Positions 33,809 to 42,526 of a stretch of DNA of 64,000 nt are shown here, in pieces. Where the stretch lies: the NCBI GenBank assembly GCA_016927535.1, contig JAFGMM010000257.1, positions 1,761 through 65,760 on the forward strand, in the 5' to 3' direction. This DNA is from Anaerolineae bacterium. GTDB lineage: Bacteria > Chloroflexota > Anaerolineae > Aggregatilineales > JAFGMM01. Each line of letters starts with the position of its first letter. The stretch's first letter is position 1. The notes under the pieces are model-generated. The model did no database searches. It saw only the letters and a program-made list of their open reading frames with translations, and was not told the origin of the DNA. Both the position numbers and the translations under genes were made by a program.

Positions 33809-35941
33809 TTACTGACTAAACTCGGCGTCACCGTGCAAATCCACGCGAATAGCCGCGCGCCGCGCCTGGAGCGCGCGCCGGATTTCGTCGGCTGCCACTT
33901 CCAACAGATCCTCGATCTCGGTCTTCTCTTGCAGGCGCGCCGTGACTTGGTTCACCTGCTGCTCGCGCGCCGCCAAGCGCTGCGCCTGCTCAAACACCCG
34001 CGCCGTCTCCAGCGAAACCGTCACGCGCTCCAGCAGCGCCCCGGCCAGATCGGGAAGATCCTCGCGCCACTCGTCCGGGTCAAGCTCGAACTCAAACGCG
34101 CCCACGGGCGCCCCACCGCGCGTAACAATCGGTAGCGACAGGAAGCGCCCTTCCGCACTCTCCTTAACGACCATCTCGCCCAGCGCCGCCTGCCGTAGCG
34201 TCTCGGTCCACGTCCGGTCCTCGCGCACGTCGGCGCCATAAGCCGTATAGCCGATGGTGTCGGTGCGGCGCAAGCTCACCGCCTCGGCATATGCCTCGCC
34301 CATCAACACACGGTTGAGCTGGCGGGCGGCGCGCAGTTGTTCGCTAAGCGCCTGCGCCTGCTGAGCATTGTCGATGGCGCTGGCAAGCTGGTCGGCAAGC
34401 GTCTGGAAAAGCTCGACATCCCGCTGGGTGAAGGCATTAGGCGCCAGGCTTTGGACATCGAGCGCTCCCATCAGCCGCGACCCGACCCGCAGCGGCAACG
34501 CCATCTCCGAGCGCGTATCGGGCAGCAGCGGATTAGGCCGGTGCACGACCATTGCATCTTCGGTATCGAGCGCGATCACCGATTGGCCGGTCTCGGCGAC
34601 CCGGCCAATCACACTCTCTGAGCCGACTGCCAGCCGGTGCCCGGCTTCCAGCAGCAGGCGGCCGGCCTCGCCGGTGCTGGCGCGCAGCACGGCATATTCG
34701 CCGTCGTCGTCGATGAGAAAAATCTGCACATGGTAGAAATCGGTGTGACGCTGGATCACCTGGACCGCGTAAGGCAGCAAGACGCTCATATCGCGCTGCG
34801 CCGTAAGCAGGCGCCCAAGCTCCGAGATGGCCGCCAGGTCGCGGGTGCGCTCGGCCACGCGCCGCTCCAGGTTGGCAACTAGGTCTTGCAAGTTGATCGC
34901 CATTGTGTTGAAGGCCCCGGCCAGGATGCCCAACTCGTTCTTGACTTTCACCGTCACCCGGTGCGACAAATCGCCCTGGCGCAGCGCCTCGACGCTGCCC
35001 CGGAACACCGCCAGCGGCTGCGCAACCTGGAGCCGGATAAACCGCACAACCGCGTACAGCCCGACATCCAAGAGGGCAAACGTGACGAACAAGACGAAAA
35101 CGTGCAGCGCGACGGTCGTCAGCAGCCCGGCCAACGGCATCTCGATCACGGCGCGCCATTCCGCCACATCCAGCACCGCCGCGCGCCCTACCGCGATCTC
35201 GCCGTCCAGGCCCACATAGATCGTCGCCGCCGCACTCACGGCTTCTAGGGTCGCGCTCGTCCGCCGGGCAAAGCGGTTGCCCTCTGCGCCGCGCGCCACG
35301 CCGTCGTCACGATCCGACATCAGCCGGCCCTGGTTGTCTACAATATAGGCATATCCCAGGCCGGCCAGGTCGATGTCCTTCACGGCGTCGGCCAGCGCGC
35401 CGTCAAGCTCGACCACCGCCGCCAGGTAGTCCGTCACTTGGCCGTCAGCATCCCGGACCGGCGCGGCGATCTCGACGATCGGCTCGCCGTCGGCCCGGAA
35501 AGTCACCGGCCCGACTTCGAACCTGTCGGCGTCGCCCCCCAGCAGCCACATCACCGATTGACCCATGCTGGTCATCTCGCCGGCCCGGCGGCTTTCCATC
35601 ACAACCTGCCCCAGGTCATTCACCAACAGCAGCTTCACCATCGTGCGATGGCGGCTGCGGGCGCGGTCCAGAAGCGCCTCTGTCGGGCCGCCCGCCATAC
35701 CGACCACATCGCCGGTCGCCCACAGGTCGTCGCCGATCTCGTGCAAAAAATCATCCACATAACGCGCCATCACCCGGCTGTCGGTGTCGAGTTGGCGGCG
35801 CACCCGGCCGGGGATATCCACCACCGAAATCGCCAACCCCAACACCAGCCCGGCAATCGCAATAAAGCCGAGCACACCGATGCGCCATGTCAATCCCCGG
35901 CTCAAGATATCCGGCTGTTCAAAGTCGCGCAGTCTTTCCAT
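33809..35941 (-). CDS. Cache-like-HAMP-GAF membrane sensor without output domain (710 aa)
   Basis: Layout is TM, ectodomain, TM, then HAMP (RQGDLSHRV...LGILAGAFNTMA). The GAF carries NPLLPDTRSEMALPL. A short GAF-like module and the C-terminal module follow. Confidence 0.9.
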   Translation of the reverse strand: MERLRDFEQPDILSRGLTWRIGVLGFIAIAGLVLGLAISVVDIPGRVRRQLDTDSRVMARYVDDFLHEIGDDLWATGDVVGMAGGPTEALLDRARSRHRTMVKLLLVNDLGQVVMESRRAGEMTSMGQSVMWLLGGDADRFEVGPVTFRADGEPIVEIAAPVRDADGQVTDYLAAVVELDGALADAVKDIDLAGLGYAYIVDNQGRLMSDRDDGVARGAEGNRFARRTSATLEAVSAAATIYVGLDGEIAVGRAAVLDVAEWRAVIEMPLAGLLTTVALHVFVLFVTFALLDVGLYAVVRFIRLQVAQPLAVFRGSVEALRQGDLSHRVTVKVKNELGILAGAFNTMAINLQDLVANLERRVAERTRDLAAISELGRLLTAQRDMSVLLPYAVQVIQRHTDFYHVQIFLIDDDGEYAVLRASTGEAGRLLLEAGHRLAVGSESVIGRVAETGQSVIALDTEDAMVVHRPNPLLPDTRSEMALPLRVGSRLMGALDVQSLAPNAFTQRDVELFQTLADQLASAIDNAQQAQALSEQLRAARQLNRVLMGEAYAEAVSLRRTDTIGYTAYGADVREDRTWTETLRQAALGEMVVKESAEGRFLSLPIVTRGGAPVGAFEFELDPDEWREDLPDLAGALLERVTVSLETARVFEQAQRLAAREQQVNQVTARLQEKTEIEDLLEVAADEIRRALQARRAAIRVDLHGDAEFSQ

Positions 35942-38082
35942 TACTCACCTTCCGCACCGTCGCCGGGCGACGCGACGCCCAGCCGCACCGACGAGCGCCG
36001 CGCGCCCAGCGCACGCCCGATCTCCGCCACCGCCGCACTCAGCACACCCTCGATGCTCGATTGAGCTTGCAGCATCCCGCTGATCCCGCTGAGCATCTGC
36101 TCGCGTCGGGTCTGCTCGCGGGTCATCTCGAACAGGCGGGTGCTGTCAGCACTGTCGCCTAAGAGCACCGCGAGCATCTGTGCCAGCGCCATCGTCTCGT
36201 CGGTCAAAGCGTCTTTATCCATCTCAAATTCCAACACCCCGATCACCGAACCACGGAACCGGACCGGCACCGCGGCGGTAGCCATCTCCTCGTGGGTATA
36301 AACAATCGGCTTGCCGCTGTACAAGGCGCGCGTTTGCTCGCCCGACAACTCCACCGCCCGGTGAACCCCGGTCGCATCTGCCGTGAAGCCTAAGGTCTGG
36401 TCCGGATAGTTGCGCAAGTACTGCCGCCATGACTCGCCGACCATCTCCAAATTCAGCTTCTCGACCTCCTTCAGGCGCCGCTGCGATTCGTGTAGGAGCC
36501 GCGAATTGTGAATGGCGATAGCGATTTGATCGGCCATCCCCTGGAAAACATCTAATCCCTGCGCCTCAAAGGCATCCGGCGCGATGCTCTGAATCACCAA
36601 CACGCCGATGAGCTTGCCGCCGATTCGCAGGGGAACACCCATTTCCGAGCGCGCGTCGAGCAGCAGCGGGTTGGCGCGGTACGCAGCCGTTTCGCGGTAC
36701 ACATCCGGCACGACCACCAGTTCGCCGCTCGCCGCCACCCGCGCCACGACCGAATGACCAGTCACCGGCACCGTGTGGCCCGGTGCGACAAACCGCTCTC
36801 CCACCTCGCCGGTCGCCGCCGCGAGCACCGCCTCGCGCGCCATCTCATCTAGCAAAAACACCTGGACCTGGTAAAAGCTAAAGCGCGCTCTCAGCAAGTT
36901 CACCACGTGATTCAGCAACCGCTTCTGGTCGTCAATCTGGGCGGCGACGCGCCCCACCTCCACAATTGCCATCAGGTCACGGGTGCGCTCGGTCACGCGC
37001 TTCTCCAACTGGCCGATCAGCCCGCGAAGCTGGTCGGTCATGCTGTTGAAAGCCCGCGCCAGCGTCGCAATCTCATCGCCGCCGACAATCCGGACGCGCC
37101 GTGTGAAGTCGCCCTCGCTGATCGCGCCCGCCGCCTTCGCCAGGTCTTCAATCGGCTTCACGACCTGGTTCACCGCCACCATCGCCAGCACGGTCGCGCC
37201 GACAAGAGTCACCAGCACCGCGACAATCGTGACCGAAAGGGTGCGGTTAACCAACTGAAGGGCATAGACGGTATCCTGCTGGGCAAGCACATAAAACATC
37301 TCTTGGTAGAGATCCGCGCCCAACTCAACCGTTTCGACCGCCGTAAGCGTCTCGGTCTCGCCGTCCAGGCCGGGATAAAGACCGTCCTTCGCCGGCACAT
37401 CATAAAGCTCACCCACCTTCGAACGGTTGTTGTGTGCGACGACGCGACCGGTCTCATCCAACACAAGAACCGACTGACCCTCGCCAATATCCTGAGCGAT
37501 CAATTCCCAGAACACTTTGAACCGGACATCGCCGACCAACACATACGCCAGTTCATTGGTGCGCAAGTCAAACAGCGGAATCGCGATGGTCGTCACCGGC
37601 TCGTTCAGGTCGGTAGGGAAATAAACCGAGCTGTAGTAGGTTTGGCCGGTCATCGCCGGCGCGCGAAACACCTCATCCCCTGAGCGGTCCTGGAGATCGG
37701 CCTGGGCGACCACCGCACGGCGCGAGACCCGCACCACCTCGCGGCCCGCGCCGTCGAGCAGCGCCAACTCGTCATAAACAGCCACCGGGTCATCGTAAAC
37801 ACTGCGGTAAGCGAGCAGCCCCGATAGCACACTTTCCTGCGCGTCGCGGTCCAGGCGGCCCAACCCGCGCACCCGACCGACCAGGGTCAGCTCATTCTCG
37901 CGCGCCCGGATAAAATCGGTGAACTGCGCGACGACAAGACCCGCCAAGTTACGCTGAGCGCCGAGCGCCTGCTCGCGCATCGTGTCGGCGTTCGGATACA
38001 AGATCGCCCCAACCGCCAACAACGGCCCCACGGCCAGGCCGATGAAGAAAAACACAAACCGGGTTCTCAAACTCCAACGCAT
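35941..38082 (-). CDS. Cache-like-HAMP-GAF membrane sensor without output domain (713 aa)
   Basis: Layout is TM, ectodomain, TM, then HAMP (SEGDFTRRV...IATLARAFNSMT), a GAF, a short GAF-like module and the C-terminal module. Its stop overlaps the next gene's start by 1 nt. Confidence 0.9.
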   Translation of the reverse strand: MRWSLRTRFVFFFIGLAVGPLLAVGAILYPNADTMREQALGAQRNLAGLVVAQFTDFIRARENELTLVGRVRGLGRLDRDAQESVLSGLLAYRSVYDDPVAVYDELALLDGAGREVVRVSRRAVVAQADLQDRSGDEVFRAPAMTGQTYYSSVYFPTDLNEPVTTIAIPLFDLRTNELAYVLVGDVRFKVFWELIAQDIGEGQSVLVLDETGRVVAHNNRSKVGELYDVPAKDGLYPGLDGETETLTAVETVELGADLYQEMFYVLAQQDTVYALQLVNRTLSVTIVAVLVTLVGATVLAMVAVNQVVKPIEDLAKAAGAISEGDFTRRVRIVGGDEIATLARAFNSMTDQLRGLIGQLEKRVTERTRDLMAIVEVGRVAAQIDDQKRLLNHVVNLLRARFSFYQVQVFLLDEMAREAVLAAATGEVGERFVAPGHTVPVTGHSVVARVAASGELVVVPDVYRETAAYRANPLLLDARSEMGVPLRIGGKLIGVLVIQSIAPDAFEAQGLDVFQGMADQIAIAIHNSRLLHESQRRLKEVEKLNLEMVGESWRQYLRNYPDQTLGFTADATGVHRAVELSGEQTRALYSGKPIVYTHEEMATAAVPVRFRGSVIGVLEFEMDKDALTDETMALAQMLAVLLGDSADSTRLFEMTREQTRREQMLSGISGMLQAQSSIEGVLSAAVAEIGRALGARRSSVRLGVASPGDGAEGE

Positions 38083-38095
38083 ACGTCACTCACCC

Positions 38096-39100
38096 TTACT
38101 CTTCGGCGCGCAGGATCGTCGAGGCCGCCTCCAACACGTCATCAGGCACCTCAATCCCCAACGCATCCGCCGCCTTCAAGTTAACGGTCAGGAACATCTC
38201 CGGCGCTTCTACCGGCAGCGAACCGGGATCGGCGCCCTCCAGCACCAGGTCGGCCAGGCGGGCCATCTGCGCGCCTATTACCGCCGAATCGGGGCCGAAA
38301 GCCAGCAGCACGCCGTCATCAATCAAGTTGACGCTGTTCACGGCCACGGGCACCTTGCGCTCGTAGGCCAGCGCGAACAAATCGGCCCGGCCTGTCGTGA
38401 ACGCCCGCCCGCCGATGTACAGCATCGCGTCGATATCCTCCGGGACCGCGCTCAGCAGCGCCACGACATCCTCCTCCGCGTTCACCTCTGCCAGCACAAG
38501 CTCGACCCCCAACGCCTGCGCGGTATTCTCCAATGCAGACAGAATGGCAGGCATGTTTCCCGACTGGCCGAAAGGCACCAAGACGCGCTCCGTGCCCGGC
38601 GCCGCCTTAACCAGCCAATCTAGCCGCTGGGCCACCGCGACGTCGGCAAAACCCGTGCTCACGCCGGTAAGGTTGCCGCCCGGCTTCTGCAAGCTCTCTA
38701 CCAGGCCGCTCGCATCAGGATCGATCACCGTACCGAACACAACCGGGATCGGGTCGCCGCCGGCCTCGTTCGTCACCGCTTTGGCAATAGTAGTCGGCGA
38801 GTTAATGAGCGAAACCATCAAATCCACTTCCTTATCGACGTAATCCTCTGCCGTCGCCCGGAGCGCATCCTCGTCTTGGACGGCGCCTTCGTAGAAATAG
38901 GTCACGTTCCGGCCTTCGACATAGCCCAGCCCGGTCATCGTCTCCTTAAAGGCATCAATCGTCACATCGACCGTCGATACCGAGTTCAAAATCCCGACGG
39001 TAAATTGCCTTTCTTGCGGTTCGGGCGTCCCGTTGTTACACGCACTCGCCAGGAACACCACCGCTATCCCAAGCGCCAGGCGACAAAACCTCTCGCACAT
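38096..39100 (-). CDS. Lipoprotein solute-binding protein of the ABC_sub_bind (COG2984-like) type, orphan
   Basis: Signal peptide with a probable lipobox (VVFLASAC). Family-typical motifs are GGNLTGVS and LTVNLKAADALGIEVPDDVL. The start was moved to MCERFC (39100), which removes an arginine-rich overlap with the upstream gene. No permease or ATPase gene is nearby. Confidence 0.75.
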   Translation of the reverse strand: MCERFCRLALGIAVVFLASACNNGTPEPQERQFTVGILNSVSTVDVTIDAFKETMTGLGYVEGRNVTYFYEGAVQDEDALRATAEDYVDKEVDLMVSLINSPTTIAKAVTNEAGGDPIPVVFGTVIDPDASGLVESLQKPGGNLTGVSTGFADVAVAQRLDWLVKAAPGTERVLVPFGQSGNMPAILSALENTAQALGVELVLAEVNAEEDVVALLSAVPEDIDAMLYIGGRAFTTGRADLFALAYERKVPVAVNSVNLIDDGVLLAFGPDSAVIGAQMARLADLVLEGADPGSLPVEAPEMFLTVNLKAADALGIEVPDDVLEAASTILRAEE

Positions 39101-39164
39101 CCGGCTTCTCCCTCTCAAAACAAAACCTTGAACCCTCGCCGACGCCCTCATGACTCCTCGCCTA

Positions 39165-40844
39165 TCACTCAGCCCCATGCCCATTCCCCAACCCGCCGGC
39201 CTGCCCATCCACGCCGCCGAACCGCACCGTCACCGCGCGCGCCTTCAACGCCTGCCGGATCTCCTGGGCGGCCAGCGCCAGCATACCCGGCATATCAGAA
39301 GCGCCTTGCAGCCGCGCCGTCACCTCGTTCATCAGGCGCTCGCGCTCGGCCAGGCGCTGCGAATCCTCGAACAGACGCGCACTATCCAGCGCAATCGCCA
39401 GGCGGTTGACCACCTCCTGCGCCAACTCCTGGGCGTTCTGGTCCCAGTTCACCCCGTCGCCGGAAAGTTCCACCGCGCCCAGCGCGGTATCCCGCAAGAC
39501 AATCGGCAGCGCCAACACCTGCCGGTCGCCCTCCCGGCGCAGCGACATCTCCCGCGTGCCCATCACCGCGCTCAGGCCCGATGACCAGACGTGCCGCTCG
39601 TGCAGTTCGCCCGCCTCCCAATCGAAGCCCACCGTCTCCTCGCCGCGCCCGCTCAGGTAACCCTGCCAGGCCTGCCCGGTGAGCCGGCGGTTCAGGCGCT
39701 CAACCTCCGCCAGGCGCGCTTGGGTCTCGGTCAGCAGCCGCTCGCGCTCATCTAGGTGGCGCTGCGTCTCCTCCAGCGAATGGATGCGCCCGACCGTAAC
39801 CGCGAGTTGGTTCGCCAGTGTTTGCAGCCCGGTAATATCCTCCGGCGTGAAAGCATCCCTGTCCGTACTCTGCACATCCAACACACCGATCAACGACTCG
39901 CCGGTCTGCAAAGGCAGCGCCAACTCGGTACGAGTGTCGGGCAGCAGCGGGTTAGGCTGGTAGATTGGGTCGGTAGAGTCGGCCAACACGGCCTCGTTCA
40001 GCGCCGCCGCGCGCCCAACCACGCTCCGCGAGCCGACGCCCAACCGGTGCCCGGCAGTCAGCAAGCGCCGTCCCACGCGCCCGGTGCTGGCCCGCAGCGC
40101 TGCATACGCCCTCTCATCGTCCAACAAAAACACCTGCACATGGTAAAAGCCAAACTGCTCGCGGATCATCGCAACCGTCCGGCGCAGCAGTTCGTCCAAC
40201 GGGCGCGGCTCCCCGATCGCTTTGCTCACCTCGGCAGTCGCGCGCAGCCGCGCCGCCGTGTTCACCGAGCGCCGCAGACTCTGCTCCAGGCCGCCGGAGA
40301 AAAGCCGCTGGAACAGCATAGACACCACCAACATGCCCACGACAAAAATCGGCTGCGTTTCCATCTTGAAGCTCGACTGCATCAGCAGGACACCCCGGGC
40401 CTCCAGGACCGCACCGACGACGAACAACGCGACGCCTATCGCCGTCGTGAGCGCCGCTTCCGCGCGCCCCAGCAGCGCCGCCGCCGCCATAATCGCCAGC
40501 GCCGCCGCCAGCGCCGCCGTGGCGCCGCGCCCCAACCCGAATATGTTGACCGACGCGCTGACAATCAGAAAACCGACGATCAAATAGCTCGCCAGGCGCA
40601 GCCTGCCGGTCTGCACCAGGACGATGTTCAGACCGACCAGGACATAGAACACACCGATGATCGATGCAATGACCGGCGGGAGGAGGTTCAAAAACGCGCC
40701 GACGACGACAAATACAATAGTCAGCATCGCACACAACACAACATTAATAGACAGTACCCACTGCGCTCGCTGCCGGTCCACCGGGTCTCGATATAAGTAA
40801 TGCACCTGATAAGGGTGAAATTGAAACCGCTTCATAACAGCCAT
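39165..40844 (-). CDS. 6TM-GAF membrane sensor without output domain (559 aa), paralog 3 of 3
   Basis: About 6 N-terminal TM helices with no HAMP. The GAF carries FYHVQVFLLDD and NPLLPDTRTELALPL. A short GAF-like module and the C-terminal module follow. Confidence 0.9.
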   Translation of the reverse strand: MAVMKRFQFHPYQVHYLYRDPVDRQRAQWVLSINVVLCAMLTIVFVVVGAFLNLLPPVIASIIGVFYVLVGLNIVLVQTGRLRLASYLIVGFLIVSASVNIFGLGRGATAALAAALAIMAAAALLGRAEAALTTAIGVALFVVGAVLEARGVLLMQSSFKMETQPIFVVGMLVVSMLFQRLFSGGLEQSLRRSVNTAARLRATAEVSKAIGEPRPLDELLRRTVAMIREQFGFYHVQVFLLDDERAYAALRASTGRVGRRLLTAGHRLGVGSRSVVGRAAALNEAVLADSTDPIYQPNPLLPDTRTELALPLQTGESLIGVLDVQSTDRDAFTPEDITGLQTLANQLAVTVGRIHSLEETQRHLDERERLLTETQARLAEVERLNRRLTGQAWQGYLSGRGEETVGFDWEAGELHERHVWSSGLSAVMGTREMSLRREGDRQVLALPIVLRDTALGAVELSGDGVNWDQNAQELAQEVVNRLAIALDSARLFEDSQRLAERERLMNEVTARLQGASDMPGMLALAAQEIRQALKARAVTVRFGGVDGQAGGLGNGHGAE

Positions 40845-40846
40845 CC

Positions 40847-42526
40847 TTAACGCTCCGCTCCCTCGGCCTGGCGCAGCCCCAGGCGAATCGAGGCCCGATC
40901 TGCACCCAGCAGGCGGACCAGTTCGCTCACCGCCGTCGAGAGCATCTCATCGACCGCAGTCTGCTGCTGCAACGCCGCCGCAACCTCGCTGACCTGGAAC
41001 TCGCGGTCGGCCAAGCGCTGCGAGCGCTCCACCAGCCGCACATTCTCCACCGTCACCGCCAGCCGGTCGGCCACCGCCTGCGCCACCTCCAGCGCATCGT
41101 CGTCGTGCAGCCCCACCTCGCCCTCGACCTCAATCGCACCGATGACCGTATTCCGCAAGACAACCGGCACCGCGACTATCAGCCGCTCGCCCTCGATATC
41201 GGCGGTCGGCTGCGCTTCGCGCGCCGCGCGGAGCATCATCGGCGTCCAAACCGTATCGACGCCGGGCCGGTTCTCTTGGAAAGTAATCCCCACCACCCCC
41301 TGCCCGCGCGCCTGCAAATACTCCGACCACGCCCGGCGTGTAAGCTGGCGGTTCAGGCGCTCGATCTCGCGCAGGTTTGTTTCGGTCTCGCGCAGCAGCA
41401 CTTCGCTCTCGACGGCGCGTTGCGCCTGCCCGGTAAACAACCGGGCATTCTCAATCGCCGCCGCCAACTGGTTCGCCATCACCAGGAACACTTCGATGTC
41501 CTGCTCGCCAAAGGCATACGGCTTCCGGCTCTGTAAATCCAACGCGCCGATGACTCGTTCGCCCCGGCGAACCGGCACGGCCAGCTCGGTGCGGGTGTCG
41601 GGCAAAAACTCGTTCTTCCGGTGCACTTCATCGACATCGGTGTCTGCCGCCAACACCGGCTCACCGGTCACCGTCACCTGGCCGATCACACTCCGGGAGC
41701 CGACCGCCAGCCGGTGCCCCCGGTCCAGCAAACGCTGCCCGGCCTCGCCCGTGCTGGCATGCAGCACCGCGTATTCTCCCGCCTCGTCGATCAAGAAAAC
41801 CTGCACGTGATACAGCGCAAACTCGCCGCGAATCTGATCGACAACTTGGTCGAGCATGGTCGCCAAATCCAACGTGGACATAGCAGTCTGGCTCACCAGG
41901 GCGGCGACGCGCAGCCGGCGCCCGGCCTGCTGCGCATCTCGCAGCGAGACGTCCCGGTCATACAAGAAGTACCAGAGGATCATCCCATCCGCGAACAGAA
42001 TCAGCGCGCCAAACAGGATCGGATCGTACTCGTAGGTGCTGGAGATGAATAACCCCGCCCGTTGAAGCAGATGAATCACGACAATGCTCGCCAGCACCGC
42101 CAGGACCGAGGCGGCCAGCCCACCGACGCCCAGCAGGCTCGAAGCCAGCAGCACCACCAGCGAATACATCAGGACGGAGGACCGGTCCAGGCCCGATGAG
42201 CGCACGAAAAGCACACTGAACACGAACAGGACGGCGATGAGGGAAACACTGGCGATGTGCCAGCGCCCGGTCTGCGCCAGCAGGTAAATGCCCCCCAGTA
42301 TCGGGACAATATAAACCGCCCGAGATAAAACCACTCCGAGCCAGACATCCCAATCGGGTAGGATGTCCGGGACCGACACCGACGCCATGCCGACAAGCGC
42401 AAGCGCCAACAGCACACTGCTGAACCAGATCAGGAAGCGCGCCCGGCGCGCCTCGATGGGATCATCGTAGTGATAGCGAAGCGTCACCAGCCGGCGGAGC
42501 GGCGCAAGCCAACGATTCCAACTCAT
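40847..42526 (-). CDS. 6TM-GAF membrane sensor without output domain (559 aa), paralog 2 of 3
   Basis: Same architecture as 39165..40844. The GAF carries LYHVQVFLIDE and FLPDTRTELAVPV. The start overlaps the upstream stop by 4 nt (ATGA). Confidence 0.9.
   Translation of the reverse strand: MSWNRWLAPLRRLVTLRYHYDDPIEARRARFLIWFSSVLLALALVGMASVSVPDILPDWDVWLGVVLSRAVYIVPILGGIYLLAQTGRWHIASVSLIAVLFVFSVLFVRSSGLDRSSVLMYSLVVLLASSLLGVGGLAASVLAVLASIVVIHLLQRAGLFISSTYEYDPILFGALILFADGMILWYFLYDRDVSLRDAQQAGRRLRVAALVSQTAMSTLDLATMLDQVVDQIRGEFALYHVQVFLIDEAGEYAVLHASTGEAGQRLLDRGHRLAVGSRSVIGQVTVTGEPVLAADTDVDEVHRKNEFLPDTRTELAVPVRRGERVIGALDLQSRKPYAFGEQDIEVFLVMANQLAAAIENARLFTGQAQRAVESEVLLRETETNLREIERLNRQLTRRAWSEYLQARGQGVVGITFQENRPGVDTVWTPMMLRAAREAQPTADIEGERLIVAVPVVLRNTVIGAIEVEGEVGLHDDDALEVAQAVADRLAVTVENVRLVERSQRLADREFQVSEVAAALQQQTAVDEMLSTAVSELVRLLGADRASIRLGLRQAEGAER

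Noticed and set aside
39101-39208. 36-codon extension of the solute-binding-protein ORF
   Set aside because: It overlaps the upstream gene and is Gly/Arg-rich. The Met at 39100 starts a canonical signal peptide with a lipobox.
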